Below are positions 13,881-28,183 of a DNA stretch of 64,000 nucleotides, piece after piece. The notes under the pieces are model-generated. The model was not told where the DNA came from, ran no database searches, and saw only the letters and a program-made list of their open reading frames with translations. How positions within the stretch are numbered: the stretch's first letter is position 1; each line of letters starts with the position of its first letter. The DNA is from Octopus vulgaris (lineage: Eukaryota), in the NCBI GenBank assembly GCA_951406725.2, contig OX597819.1:43152001-43216000 (forward strand), in the 5' to 3' direction. The translations under genes were made by a program, and so were the position numbers.

Positions 13881-14747
13881 CACTTTGGTATTCCAAGTAA
13901 TGTTAGTGAGCTTTTGGTGCATTTAACTATATTCGTTGTACCAAGGTGATAATTAGTACATATGTTTTATCCCCTTATATTTTCCACATGTGTGTATGTG
14001 TGTGCTTGTGATGAAAAAAAACAAAGATATAATTAGGCACTTCAGTTTTTAAAATTTCTTCAAAATTAAACTTAAACTACATTATGGCACATACAGTATA
14101 CATACAGACATCAAACCTGAACAGAGAGAGAGAGAAAATTGAGATTACTAACCTAATTTAAAAACAAAACTAAAATTTAATTAAATAAATAAAAAAATGT
14201 GTATTAAAAACGTAACAAAAATCAGATATAATAGAAAGATAATTTAAAATTACTTGTAAAAATTTTAAATTTTTTTTTATAAAAGTTTAAGCAAGGAGAA
14301 ATTTTCAACAGACAAGCCGAAATAATAAATATCTGACAACACTATGTTAAAACTATTTCTTAAACAATCTCTGATAATGATAGCTTTCAACAAGTTGATG
14401 GGAAAATGGTAGGATTTTTTTGCAGGAAGACAAATTAGTTTGCACCAAATGTGCCCTACATTTGCACTTGAAAAATCATTAACTTTTATAAAAAAAAAAA
14501 AATTATTTAAAATATACTTCAGTTAAAAACAAAAACAAAAAAAAATTTTTTTTTTTTTTTTGAAAAAGCATTAACAAAAGATAATCTATCATGAGCACAG
14601 AAAGAACGTGTGCACGCACACACACTAATATTTCTTGCATTAATGAGCGACCACTTTCTTTTACAAAATCAGAGGCAAAAATAATTGCTCTGCTAATGTT
14701 TTCATTGGCCTGCTTGGTTGTTAGCTCTGGTAGTAGTCAATCAGATG

Positions 14748-14824
<77 letters not shown>

Positions 14825-15599
14825 CACCTATACATATATATAAAAAGACATGTATATTATATACATAAGTAGTATGCAATAAGATGAATAATACATACAT
14901 ACACGTGTGTTCATTGTCACAAAAGTGACTCTAGGGCCGATAGTTTTGTGCATGCACTTACTGAACTTGTATGTATGTATGTGTATGTATATATATATAT
15001 ATACACACACACATATATATATATACATAGAAAGAGGTGGGGTGAATTACAATTCTTTTCAGAATGCCCAATCAAAGCTTTGGGGAGTCACATGACAATC
15101 AGTATAATTTGAATTTTAGTTTCCCTTGATCTAGTCCACTATTAAACCTGGTTAATTAAATGAAATGAATGCAGATATACATTAAAAAAAAAAGCCTGCC
15201 TCTCTCTCTCTATCACACACAAATATTTTGCATGTTTAATATATGTTTTTCTAAACAAGAAAAGATACGATGAAGAGGCACTTGAGGCAGGGTTTTTATT
15301 TTGGTCTGATTTAAGCAGTGTTAGTGGATGATTTTTGACAAGTAATGCCAATAAATGCTACCAGTAGCTACCCAACCACAAAATGATGTCATAACTACCT
15401 ATAGTGTAGCTCACAAGAGATTGTAAACATTTTGCAAACACACAAACTCAGACACAAAATATATGTCACAAACCACTTTCAGTTTTTATCTACCAAAATT
15501 CCCTTATAAGGCATTAGTCAACCACAAGCTATAGTGAAAGCACTCAACTGAGAAGCAAATTTCTGTACCACACAGCTATGCCTATACATAAGATACACA

Positions 15600-16295
15600 G
15601 AATGGTGTTCACTCCAATTCCAACAAGCAATATTCCTTGTCCTGCAACCATATCTGTGTGACTGGCTTCACTTCTTGTTTAAGTTGGTGAATGCTGCCAT
15701 AATCCTTGCCTTCAGTTCATCTTTGTTGTTACAAGGAGTTTTGTTGGTCTCTTGCAAACTGCACTCCATACATAATGAAGGGGGTTGAAATCTGGGGTGC
15801 TATGTGGCCAGATGTTAGGGGTGATGTGGATGCAGAAATTGTCTGACGGGGTTCTCCTGCTTGTGTGGCATAGTGCCGCTGTTGCCAGACATAGGGTCAT
15901 CCAGTAGCCACCCTCTTGACCTTGGGCAGTACTAGCACCTCCAGGCACTTGATGTAGTCTGAGGCCATGTGGGAAGATGAATGAAGGCATAACGTTGCCA
16001 TCACTAGTGATCACTCCAAACACCATGATGTTGACTGGATGTTTGATTTTTATCATTCTTGGCACATGTCCTCTGATTGACACCCAAACACTGAAATGTT
16101 CATATTGGAGCATCCAGCGCAAATGCCAAGCAGTACAGCATGTCATTTCCAAATTTCTAGCAGAGTGAATTGCATCATGGTGCTGTTTTTCTCACAGACA
16201 GTGCCCAACTGACCCTACTATACTGTATAGCTGACAAAATCAAAATGTGCATGAGCAAAATTAAGAATATAAAATGAACGTCAATTTAACCATCT
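15600..16295 (-). pseudogene. Internally deleted, frameshifted Tc1/mariner transposon (maT/DD37D-like transposase remnant)
   Basis: ORF 15712-16152 contains KHPVNIMVFGVITSDG..MP.FIFP.GLRL, CHTSRRT and ITPNIWPHSTPDFNPL.YVW, a degenerate WPPxSPDLNPxDY catalytic motif. An N-terminal piece is joined directly to the catalytic region. Confidence 0.85.
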
Positions 16296-16312
16296 CTCTC
16301 TCTATATTTATC

Positions 16313-16364
<52 letters not shown>

Positions 16365-18392
16365 CATGTACACATACTACAGTCATTCTTTTATTATACA
16401 GGTAAGTAATAGAAGATTTCCACTTAAGTCTTATCAAGTCACAGCCAAGTGAAATAACCCAATAATTTTGTTTTGATTAACTATTGCAACTTTAAGAGAC
16501 ATATTAAGCAGAAGTAGCATCAGATTTTAGCGATACGAGGAAAAATATTCTAAAATATGCAGCCTCAGTCGATAAGCATTTCAATATGTATGTGTAACAC
16601 AATTAGCCTAATCTTATATTACCTTACTAGAAAATGTAGGTGCAAAGAGAAGACGATGCATTTAACATCTGGGCTTGTGTGTTATATGCCACAACCGTAT
16701 AGGTCAGCTAAGTTAATGAACTGGTTAAAAAGAAGTCATGGCAAATATATCAAGATTTGTTATGGTTCAATGAATCATTCGCATAAGATGATTTGTTTGA
16801 AGACATTATACTGAAGAGATAACATAACCTTTAAGACAGGATGAAGAAGTGAATTCCATATGGAAGAAAGACGGGAAAAAAAATGGTATGGAGTTTTGCT
16901 TCCTATCTTAATACTACTGTATATAAAATTTTGATGTCATACCATATTCTATATGCCAAGGGACATGTATGGTGGAATGAAAAATATTTAAAAAAATACA
17001 ATTTAATTTGAATATAAACTAACAAATACTTGAAGTAGACTCTACACTTGGATAATTTTTCTCATTTATAGAAACAAAATGTTTACCATCACTGAGTGAC
17101 AAAGTTATAGACTTAATCATTCTTTCAATGGACAGTAGGAGAGCGAAGGAAAACGAAAAAAAAGAGAAAAACAGCCTTGTGTTATAATAAAAGTTCCAGT
17201 GACAAACATCTTGCATGAAATACTCCAGTCTCTTGAGAATGTCTATCTTACATTGACAGTCATAAATATATTGATATATTCATTTCAATTCTTAAACAAG
17301 AAGGGAGAAAAACAGAAGAAAAAAAAGAATTGGTTTTTTTTTTTCTTCCTTTTTCTATTCCAAGAAGGTAATAACAAAGATAAGAACAGCATAAGACAAA
17401 TTGTCTTAATTTTACAAATGTATGAATTTGTATAACTATCGAAGCTTAGAATATCAAAATGTAAGCCATTAAGGCGAAAAAAAAAAAAAGTGTATAGGAC
17501 AAATATTCTTACAAAGATAATTTCAATATTTCAATATACATATATATTTTGTGTGTGGAAGGCTATTAATTTTAAAAGTGAGGGTAAGTCGATTACAGCA
17601 AGCCCAGGGTTCAATTCATCTTGCAAGCCAGAGAACTTTAACAAGCTCTGTTGTCTACTTTGGCATGGTGTCCATGGCTGGATGCCCTTCCAAATGCCAA
17701 CCACTTAACAGAGCGTTTAAATGGTACTTGTTTCAAAAGCTGACTTGAGCACATTTTGAACTCAAAATGTGAAGAAGCAGAAGAAATGCTGCTAAACATT
17801 TTAACCGATTCACTAACGATTCTGCCTGCTCACTGCTATCAACTCATGCATACATGTTTGATATGTGTATGAAATATTTAAAAAGAAGAAGAAAAAAAAA
17901 AAGGATAATTATAATTCCAAGGGCAGACTAAATGACTCAATATCTATCCTTCAAGGAAGCACAAACACATGTTTTATTATTCCAGAATAGATGAAATAAA
18001 CTATCAAACCAAGAAGTAAACTGTGGAAGAGGAAAACTAAAGAAGCCATGGACAGAGGTAGTGAGAGCTGATCTCAAGATGTTGAATCTCAGAAAGGAGA
18101 TAATAAAGGAATGTAACAAAAGACAAAACACTGTACTGAAAGGAATATATCCAACCCATGCAAGCCTGGAAGAGCTAGGTATAAAAATGATGATGGTGGT
18201 AATGATAATGATGGACTTGGTAGAATATTGAGTAAAATGCCCTGCAGTGTTTGTTCTGGCTTTTTACATTTTGAGTTGAAACACAAACCAAGGTCAATTT
18301 TGTTGTCAAGTACAGCAGTTGATTATAACCAACTAGCTTTTCCCATCAAATTTCAGACCTTGTACCTCAATTATTATTGTTGTTATTGCTAA

Positions 18393-18560
18393 AAGTGATG
18401 AGCTGGTAGAATTGTTAGCATGCTGGACAAAATGCTTAGAAGCATTTTGTCAGTCTCTAGGTTCTGAGCACAAATTCAGCCATGGTCAACTCTGCCTTTC
18501 ATCCTTCCAGGGCTTGATAAAGTAAGTACCAGTTGAGTACTGGGGTCAATGCAATCACCT
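18393..18560 (+). mobile_element. SINE family B copy
   Basis: gagctggtagaattgttagcatgctggacaaaatgctta...ctgcctttcatccttc...agtaccag. Confidence 0.75.
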
Positions 18561-18838
18561 GCTACACCTCCATGTTGATGGGGTGTGTGCAGCATTGTGT
18601 GTTCTTTTCTGCTGTTGGGAGTATGTAAACTCTTCTTGGTACTATAAAGTTTTTTTTTTTCTCCTCTTCTTGAGGTGTGAATGCTTTGGTTTTCTAGCTT
18701 GCTGGTGGAAGTTTATTTCACTGGGTAAATGCTGTATAGCGTGTGCTTTGTATTTGTAGGTTTGTTTTGTTTATATTGAATTATTGGATTAATAGTATTT
18801 TGTGTAGGATGTGGTCTGTTCCTAGTGGGGTTATTCTT
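18560..18838 (-). mobile_element. 3' remnant of an R4/Dong-like (RLE) non-LTR retrotransposon
   Basis: Minus strand encodes RITPLGTDHILHKILLIQ*, resembling the C-terminal QKxxLLGTAHILRKxL motif of R4/Dong-clade elements. It abuts an (AAT)n tract. Confidence 0.55.
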
Positions 18839-19715
18839 TATTATTATTACTATTATTTATTAACAACAACAGATGATAAAATAGTAGAAACAAAAACCAA
18901 ATAACAAAAACCAACATTTTAAGTTCTCTAAAACTACTGTCAATTGTTTAACACCCTTAAGGAAACACATGTAGCTAATATCATGGAGAGTAAAATAACA
19001 CTTCCATAATTATATAAAGATAATATTATATATACATATGAGAGAGAGAGAGAGAGAGAGAGAAAGTGAGTTGGTTACTGTTTCTATTCAGCTGCCATAT
19101 TTAGCCTACTCACCAAAATCTGCTCTTAGATATTACCTTTATCTCTACTTTACTCCATCCCTAAATCTCTCAAATTCATGCTCCACATCCCTTAACCAAA
19201 CCTCCCTATCTGAGGTCTTCCCCACCCACTCTCCATTTAGAAGTTGCACTCCTTCACCCAAGTCACCAGACCACGCCCTACCTCTTTACTTCAGCTATCG
19301 TTTGTTACACCTGTGTAGAAAAAAAAGCCAGTACAAGATAAGCTTTCATTCAACATTCAAGATTCTCTAGTCTCACTCATTCAAACCACTTTAAACAGAT
19401 GTTGCATTTAACTGATATATACATAATGATATCTTTTAATCTTTTTGACCTATCACAAAAAACACACACAACCAGATAGACAAGCAAACACAGAACGAAC
19501 ACAGACTTTATGAATATATACATATACATACATATATATATATATATACATGTGTGTCTTAAGTATATAAGTAAATACACTAATATCCCTTTTTCACTGC
19601 CGTTTTATTCTCTCTGTGTATGTGTGAGTGCATTTCAGTCCCTGACAAGATAATAAATGAGTTTTCAGAATTGGAGCTAATTTAATTTCTCATAACCCTA
19701 TACACACACGTACAA

Positions 19716-19762
<47 letters not shown>

Positions 19763-20684
19763 TATATATATATATCAAATGGTATAAAAGTTATTAAGCC
19801 TATGAAATTAAGGTCATTTCCTACTAAAATTAGCATGGAAATGTAATGAACAGCTTGTCAAGTGGACAAACACAATATTGATTGTCACACTACATTTAGC
19901 AGCACTCCAAGACTTCAAAGAAATGATAATATAGTGAAGGTGAAAACAGTCCAATAGATACATTTTTTTATTTCCTTTATTTTATTTTTTTCCCCTATGT
20001 ATTTTTATGTTTTGTTTTATTTTATTTTCAAACATACTGTATCTCTCTTGTGGACAGATCAATAGATTTTTCTGTGCTAGAAACAGTTTTATTCTAACAA
20101 CCATCTTGATCACCAAATACGGAACCAAATATTCCTAATTCTAACATATGCTTTGGCGATTGGCTCTAGCAGCACTTTTGGTGGGGAAGAAATGGAAGAG
20201 GTCTGCGTGTAATGAGTGAAGGAATATGTCCTCACCAAACCAAAGGAAGTTAGCAAACAGGCAAAGAACAACCTTTAAATGCAGAGATGGGGTGGAGTGG
20301 GGGGGTAGGCCTGCCATTGTAGTTACTCCCAAAACCAAGAGGCATAACTCTAATGATGGCAATGACAGCAGCAAGAACAACAAAGGAGTTAAACTTGGTT
20401 AAAAGAAGGCAAAACAAGCTGGTATGAATTTGGTTCTTGCAAATATTGAATTACAAACTGTATTTCAAGATTGATTATATTAGATGAATTTTTTTTTTTT
20501 TTTCATCACCAAGTTATTGATTGGATAATTTAAAGAAAAAAGATGATAATAAAACTAAGAAATAAATTTTGGTGGGATGCAGAAGGGAGGAGAGGGGGTT
20601 CTTGGGAGAGTGTAGATAACCCAGCACTTTGCAATCTTAAAATGGGTGCGGGAGACGAAAACATCTTGAGAGAGAGGGATAGGC

Positions 20685-20727
<43 letters not shown>

Positions 20728-21085
20728 GAGAGAGAGAAAGAGAGAATGAGAGTGAGAGATTTTGCAATAGGGAACTGTTATCCACTAGCCTTGAATGAAA
20801 CAATTTCTAAAGCCTCAAGCCATTTTCAACATGGGTTAAAGAGTTCCATGCCTAAGTGAACCGCCTGCAGCTATGATACAATATATGTTTTTTCCTTTCG
20901 TATTTTTTTTTAAGTTTACATTTTTTTTATATAAACATATATACATTTTTATTTATTATAACTATGTTCTTTATTTTTTTTTTTATTTAAATCTCATTTT
21001 GGTTTCTTGTTTCTTTTTTCCTTTATATATTTTTTATATATATATTTTTTTTTCCATTCTCTTTCCTTACTTTCTTTTCTCTCAT

Positions 21086-21185
21086 CCACGGAAATAATGC
21101 CTGCTGGCTACAAACAGCAGTAAGTCTTGTGTTAGCCACCGAAAATGATGCCTGCTGGCTACAAACAGCAGCGGGGCTTGTGTTA
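21086..21185. repeat. Two tandem 50-bp units, each with a CTGCTG-N8-CAGCAG hairpin
   Basis: Identical 24-mer atgcctgctggctacaaacagcag at 21097-21120 and 21148-21171, each followed by cttgtgtta. Confidence 0.9.
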
Positions 21186-21407
21186 AAAGAAAGAGCTTAC
21201 ACAGTCATGGAACACACTATAAGCATGGAAAGCTAACAGGAACCTTACAACAGCATTCTGAAATATAATTGGTCCAAACCTGCCAACAGCTACATCGCTC
21301 CCTCAAATTTGATTAGCCTTCAGGCATTAAACTAATGCAGTACTAGCATTTATCCAAATAAATGGCCTATAATCTCACAACCCATTAAAAATAGCTGTAT
21401 GTCTGTC

Positions 21408-21453
<46 letters not shown>

Positions 21454-22693
21454 CTTTATTTGTTATATATGTATATATGCATTTGTGTGCAAGTGTAAAA
21501 GAAAAAGATTAAAAAAATAAAATCATTTTTAAGGATATATTTTTGAAAGGGTGGGCAGGAAGAACGGTGGTTGACAATCTTACATTTAATTGGCAAACGA
21601 ATGTGTATTTTTCCATCTTCAAGTATAAAGAAGAAAAATAAGGAGGAAAGAGGAGGAAGAGAATGAGGAGGAGAAGAAGGAGATGCTGAGATAACAATGC
21701 TGCTCTTCAGGTATGTATATATGTTTATAACTTGACTATTAGAAAGAAAAAAAAAATATAACAGCAACATCAGACAATGTCTCAAGTTCAATGAATAAAT
21801 TAAATTAAAACTTCGCAAGATTTTCCCATCCGAAAATATAAAAATACAACAACATTTGGATTTAGATATATGCAGTTTATAGATAATTTAGTCAGAAAAT
21901 TTTCAAATTTGCTCCAGTGTTGAAAAATCTGAAATCTCAACTCAAATCTAATATTATTCAATGCAATATAGATAAAATTTTATTGGGGAAAAAAAAAAAA
22001 AAAATTAAAATAAATTTTCAAATCCTTACAGTAGCATAAGAAAGAGAAAAGTTATGTGAAAGGGTGCTGACAATATATAAGGAATAAATAATAAGACATG
22101 AGTAACTTCGTCTATACACACAATTCCCATCAAGTAAGGGAGTTGCAGAAAAAAAATGTTAATAGGAAAAAGGTTTGATAAATTGATAATGATGAGGCAA
22201 AGAAATAGTCATATTGGAAAAGCCATTCGAAATAAATAACAATAACAACAAAGTAAAACTAACTAACAACTAGATGTAAATGTGTTTTCCTCAAATACGA
22301 AGTCGATAACACCAGCCAATACTAATAGTAAAAATGCATCATTTGTGTTTCTGTGTATACAGAGATATAAGTTATGCATGTGAAAGTGTAACATATAAAT
22401 GCATACAGCAAGAATTAGATAAACAAATGAAACAGAGAGAGAGAGACACAGACAGATGGAGAATTTTAATCCTTTGCCTTTGTTCCTGTCATGGGACTGC
22501 GGCCAAGCTGGAGCACCACCTCCAAACAAATCAACCCCCCAGTAATTATTCTATTGCCCCACATTACCAAACTGAAAAGTTACAAGGATGTAAACAAACC
22601 AACACTAGTTTGTCATGCAGTAGTGGAAGACAAACATGTACTCATTGATATATCTATCTATCTATATATATATATATATATGTATGTATATAT

Positions 22694-22921
22694 CTCTTTC
22701 TCTCTTTTCTCTTTTACTTGTTTCAGTCATTTGACTGCAGCCATGCTGGAGCACCACCTTTAATCGAGCAACTCGACCCCGGGACTTATTCTTTGTAAGC
22801 CCAGTACTTATTCTATCGGTCTCCTTTGCCGAACCGCTAAGTTACGGGGACATAAACACACCAACATCGGTTGTCAAGCAATGCTAGGGGGACAAACACA
22901 GACACACAAACCCACACACAC

Positions 22922-22952
<31 letters not shown>

Positions 22953-23123
22953 CATATATGCGACGGGCTTCTTTCAGTTTCCGTCTACCAAATCCACTCA
23001 CAAAGCTTTGGTCGGCCCAAGACTATAGTAGAACACACTTGCCCAAGGTGCCATGCAGTGGAACTGAACCCAGAACCATGTGGTTGGTACGCAAGCTACT
23101 TACCACACAGCCACTCCTGCGCC
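22694..23123 (-). mobile_element. SINE family A, full length and young
   Basis: Near-exact reverse complement of 13456-13880 with CpGs retained. Confidence 0.9.
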
Positions 23124-23149
23124 TATATACATATATATATATATATATA

Positions 23150-23300
23150 CTTTATTTAACAAAAACTGTCTGATGAACGGCAACGAGAAACTCAGAGTAA
23201 CAGATTTTGTTGAATTTTCTGCTGCTTTAAATAAAGCATATTACTCTACCACTGGTATTTGAGTACTCTTTTTTTCCACCTTGTTTCACATTTATGTGTT
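23150..23300 (+). mobile_element. Penelope-like element terminal-repeat fragment
   Basis: Hammerhead core followed by AATAAA and a T-rich tail, inserted in (TA)n. A related segment (aataaag...cactggtattt) occurs near 54420-54465. Confidence 0.55.
23158..23211 (+). ncRNA. Minimal type I hammerhead ribozyme motif in a Penelope-like terminal-repeat fragment
   Basis: Stem I aacaaaaactgt / acagattttgtt; CTGATGA (23170-23176); short stem II cg-gcaa-cg; GAAA (23187-23190); palindromic stem III ctc-a-gag; GUA cleavage triplet (23197-23199). Confidence 0.75.
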
Positions 23301-24778
23301 TATATATGTATTCATAGATTGGGAAAAAATGATGAGTAATTTAAATTGATTTTCGAAACTTATTGGAGTCTCATTCATTTGTCTGTTTTCATTTGGTTTG
23401 ATTTGGTTTCTACAGCTAGATGCCCTTCCTAATACGAACCACTTTACAGAGTATGCTGGGTGCTTTTTACACACACCCACAAAGGCTTCTTTCATTTTGT
23501 GTCTCTCAAATCCACTTGCAAGGATTTGGTTGGCATGGGGCTAGACTAGAAGATACTTGCCCGAGGTGCCACACAATGGGACTGAACCTAGAACCATGTG
23601 GTTGAGAAACAAGTTTCTTACCACCCAGCCACACCTAAGGTTTGGCATCTTTCTTCGCAGTTGTTAAATCACATTTCTTTTTTTTACATTATCTGTGATA
23701 AGACAACAGACAAGAGTCAACTCTTTAAAAATCCTACTTTTTTTTTTGTTTAAAATAGTTCATGGCAAAATATAAATAAATTATAATATCTAATACTAAC
23801 CCTAATTCCTGTTATGCTAACCGAGATTGCTAGTTTTACCAATAATAATGATAATAATAATAATGATAATAATAATAATAAGAGCTGAATGGGGACTGAC
23901 AGACAGAGAGACAGGAATTGTCTAATTGGTGTCAACAGCAAAAACAAAACCTAAACATTAAAACAATGGTAAGCAATCAATCTTATGACAGGTAACAGCT
24001 TTACCATTTTGATGTCCTTCCTTTCTTTCATTTTATTTTATTTTATTTTGTTATCATTATTATCACTATTGTTATTATTTTACTTTGAGAACCAAAAACA
24101 AATAAACAACAATGCGATTTTACAACCATTGTTCCAAGCTGCCAACATGGATGGATGGAGGAAGGGAGGGAGGGAGGGAGGGAGATGGGTGGAAGTTTTT
24201 TTTTGTTTTTGTTTCTGTTTTTGTTCTGTTTTTGCTTTTTTTCTTGCAAATTTAGATATTTGCATATGAACTATTGGAGCAATTATTTTTACAGCTGAAT
24301 ACACTTTCATACCATTAACCACTCAAGCAGAAAGTGGGGGTGGCATCTTTCTTTACAGCCAGGCAGACTAGAGAAGAAGAGAAGGGAGAATAGTAACAAC
24401 AACCCAAAACAATATAAAAAAAGACAATGACTGTAGTAGGGTTTGAACTTGTGACCCTGTGTTCAGTAGTCCAGCAGCTTAACCTTACAACACTATATAT
24501 CCACCATTGTTTGTTATTCTTCCTAACAAAGGACTCCTCCTATTCAACTATAAAATGAGAATGGTGTAGCATATAATATAATAAAGATTTCTTTTGCCAA
24601 GGCTCAAGGCCATTTCTGTAAAATGAAGGGCTATAGTTGATCCCAGTATCTTATTTTATTGCTTCCTAGCAATATTGACCCCCAGCAACATTTGAATAGA
24701 AGAATAAAATATTAAAGTGTTAAAGCAGAAAGCATGTAACTCTAAGCTGCTTGTGAACTCTCTCAACCATTACCACTG

Positions 24779-24823
<45 letters not shown>

Positions 24824-26204
24824 CATATGTGTGCGTGTGTGTGTGTGTGTGTATAATGGAAACTGTGATAACATTGAAACAAAGTCTTTTCAATAACTGG
24901 TTGATAACATTAAGCACATAAAGATTGTGGGGACCACTAATTTTGATAACAATAACTGGTTGATGGTATTAGCTGCGACTATAATAAAAGCAGTTTCCAC
25001 TGTGTCCAAAATGTATTATTACATACATGTAACAATACCTAAACTGAATTGCTTTATCATATCTAACTCACTCTCGTATCTATCTAAACAGAACCTGAGC
25101 AGAAACCAGCCGCGTGTGCATGCACATGTGTGTGTTTACATCAATGCTGTGTTCTTTTAAATCACTTGCTCCATAAATAGGAATCGTAGAAATGAATAGC
25201 ATGATGTGATTGGCTCAACTATTACAGCAGGTGCTCCAGCATGGCTGGAATCTAATGAGTGAAGCATGGAGAAGAATCCATTATACGCTAGGGTGAAATA
25301 AGGCATCGTTTTACAGAAGCATACGGCAAAAGGTTTATATATTAGCAAATATTTCCAGCAGAGGAAGTTGGGGCTGGATTGAGTATTTTCTCAGTCTATG
25401 TTTGGGAATCTTGTATGAAAATCAAATTTACTCGAGGAAGGTTGGGCAACATTAATTTTTACAGCAAGTATTTTAGAGTAAGAATTACATTGCTAGGAAC
25501 AAACCAATACTTTCACAAGATGAAGTGAATGGTAAATTAGTGATAGGAAGATCCCAGCGTGAGGAAGTAAACCAATTTTAGTCTTGAGTGTCAGTTCAGA
25601 GACTACCACTCCCTCTATATCAAAATTATCAAGTGAAAAAAAATCTATGTAAATATTAGAGTAGTGCTGGGGTAGTAATATTCAAGCTATGACTCAGTAC
25701 ACTAGGAATAAGCTGTTTTATTTTATTTTTTTTTATAGCATTTAAAAGAACCAAATAGCAGGAAACATGAGAAGGATTATACAAAGTAAATATGAAATAA
25801 TATACCAATAATACTGATATCTACCAGTAAACTACAAGACCACACATTTTGAAGAGGGGAAAAAGCAAGTCATATTGACTATTGCTTACTTTTATCAACA
25901 GCAGAATGATAAACACAAATTTTGCTTCAGTGGGGTTGGCTGTGCACTTACCCCAAGTGCCACCCTTTAACAACTGCTATGCTAAGGACCTTTGTTTCTA
26001 CCAACTGTATTGCTCAGCTGGTAGAGTCCAATGAATGCTTGTCAACATTTTCAGACACTGAAATATCCTACTTAGGCTTACAATTAATCCAGGACTGCAA
26101 CAAAGGTAGAAAGACAAGTTGATGAAAGGTGGTCTTACAATCATAAATAGGCTGAGAAGAAGCTATCCTGGACTAATCTTGAAGTAATGGCAAACAGCTA
26201 CATC

Positions 26205-26537
26205 ATTTAAAATTTTGGAGGAGAGGGCCAGTTGATTAGGCCAACCCCTGTACGCAACTAGTACTTAATTTATGATCCCAAAAGGATGAACGGCAAAGTC
26301 GACCTTGGCGGAATTTGAACTCAGAACGTAAAGACAGATGAAATATCACTAAGCATTTCGTCCAGCATGCTTATGATTCTGCCAGCTCGCCTTTCTTTCA
26401 GTTTCTGTCTAGAAAATCCACTCACAAGACTTTGGTCAGCTTGAGGCTATAGTAGAAGACACTTACCCAAGGTGCCATGCAGTGGGATTGAATCTAGAAC
26501 CATGTGGTGGAAAGCAAGCTTCTTACCACACAACCAC
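26205..26537 (-). mobile_element. Adjacent SINE family B (26205-26392) and 5' part of SINE family A (26393-26537)
   Basis: Direct similarity to the full-length copies. Confidence 0.8.
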
Positions 26538-27519
26538 TTGTTGTGGAAGAGATAGATTCAACTACTTTGAATGTTCAATCTGCAGCTAACATCCCAGCCA
26601 TCCCTGGGTGTTCTCAGGATATGGACAATAATGATGCAACAAGAACATGCTTTCTTAAACTTCTGCAGAATTCCTAGTCAACAACTAATATTATTTCAAT
26701 TTTCTAAACAAGTACAGAAGACAACCCTGATCATGTTTCAATTTTGTTCTGACCTCAGAACTATATTAAGTTTTCACTTTACCAAAATAGTAATGAAAGA
26801 AACTCTTAGTAAATGTATGAGATCATACATTAGTTCAGAATAAGGAATATCAAAGAATTAAAAGAAAAAAAATCAAATGTTTTGTAAGGAACTGAAAAGA
26901 TATAAGCTGCAATATATATAGGTCATGTGCTCATATTTTTGGGAGTTAGGGGGAACAGAAAATAGATGACAAAGACAATAAGGACTGGTTGGGGAGAGAA
27001 CACTGGTGGAAACATGGTCATATCTGAGGTCCCTAAGATGCTCATTTATGAGGATGGCTATAATTCATTCAGTCATTCATTTAACATCATGTTGTCCAAT
27101 TTTCCAATTAATTACTACAAGCAGTGTTAATTAATTATTCATTTGTTTATTATTTCAGTTTTGTTATTACTAACAAAAATGTTTCTTTACATTTACTATG
27201 TATGACCTGTTCGCTGAACCTATATTTTTCTCATTTTCTATTTGACTTTGTGAGCGAGAGAGAGAGAGAAAGAAATGCCATATAACTGTATAGAAATTCT
27301 TTAAAACCCTTGCGGTGTGAATGACAAACGGGGATGGGGGTGGGGGCAGGGCAGGCAGTGAGGAAGCAGATTGATAATTCCAAATGCAACTAGCACAGCA
27401 CAAATTTCCAAGAACCATCAGGAGATTTGTTACCCAATATGTTTCAAATAAGGTGTGTGTGAGTGTGTGTGTTTTAAAAAAAATGTAGAGAAGACAATGA
27501 AAGCACGTACAAGGTTAGA

Positions 27520-27572
<53 letters not shown>

Positions 27573-28138
27573 CATTATCATCATCATTATTATCAGCAGA
27601 AGCATTGTGAATCATTGACTACATATAAAAGTAATAACTCTGAAATAACCAATGTTCACAAGTTTAAATGATGTATTGAGTGTTGACATTGACAAAACAG
27701 ATGTCTAAAAACCCAGGTTCACTAGAATCTGTCATGACAAAATGTAAATATGTAAAAATAACAAAGCCAACTGGTTATGAATATGCAGCGAAAGCTGTTG
27801 GGGGTGGGGAGAGAGAGAGAGAGAGAGGGGTGGAATGAATAATAAATTGTTAAAAAAATTTCCATCCTCTTTGTTTCATTTTTTTCTCTTTTATTATTTT
27901 TTTTTAAATACATTTTCCTGTCTCTTCTATAAAAGATATGGTTCAAATGAAACCCCAATAGAATGTGAAATGAATCCATATTTCAACATTGAAACATAAA
28001 ATATATTATATATCTGACCAGAACTGTTTTAAAGATGGTTGTATGGGAGAAGCAGAGAACCCTTAAAAATACAAAAGACATTACTATCCCTGCTTTAAAA
28101 TTGCTTTCTTGTCATCTATCTATCTATCTATCTATCAA

Positions 28139-28183
<45 letters not shown>

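Noticed and set aside
14905-14960. Resemblance to miR-153 (gtcacaaaagtga)
   Set aside because: The seed region differs (ttcattg versus ttgcatag) and the match would sit on the 5' arm of a weak hairpin.
21091-21125. Twister-ribozyme-like words (TAATGC...GGCTACAA...GCAG)
   Set aside because: The conserved pseudoknot partners and the downstream GAG are missing; kept only as an unexplained duplicated hairpin.
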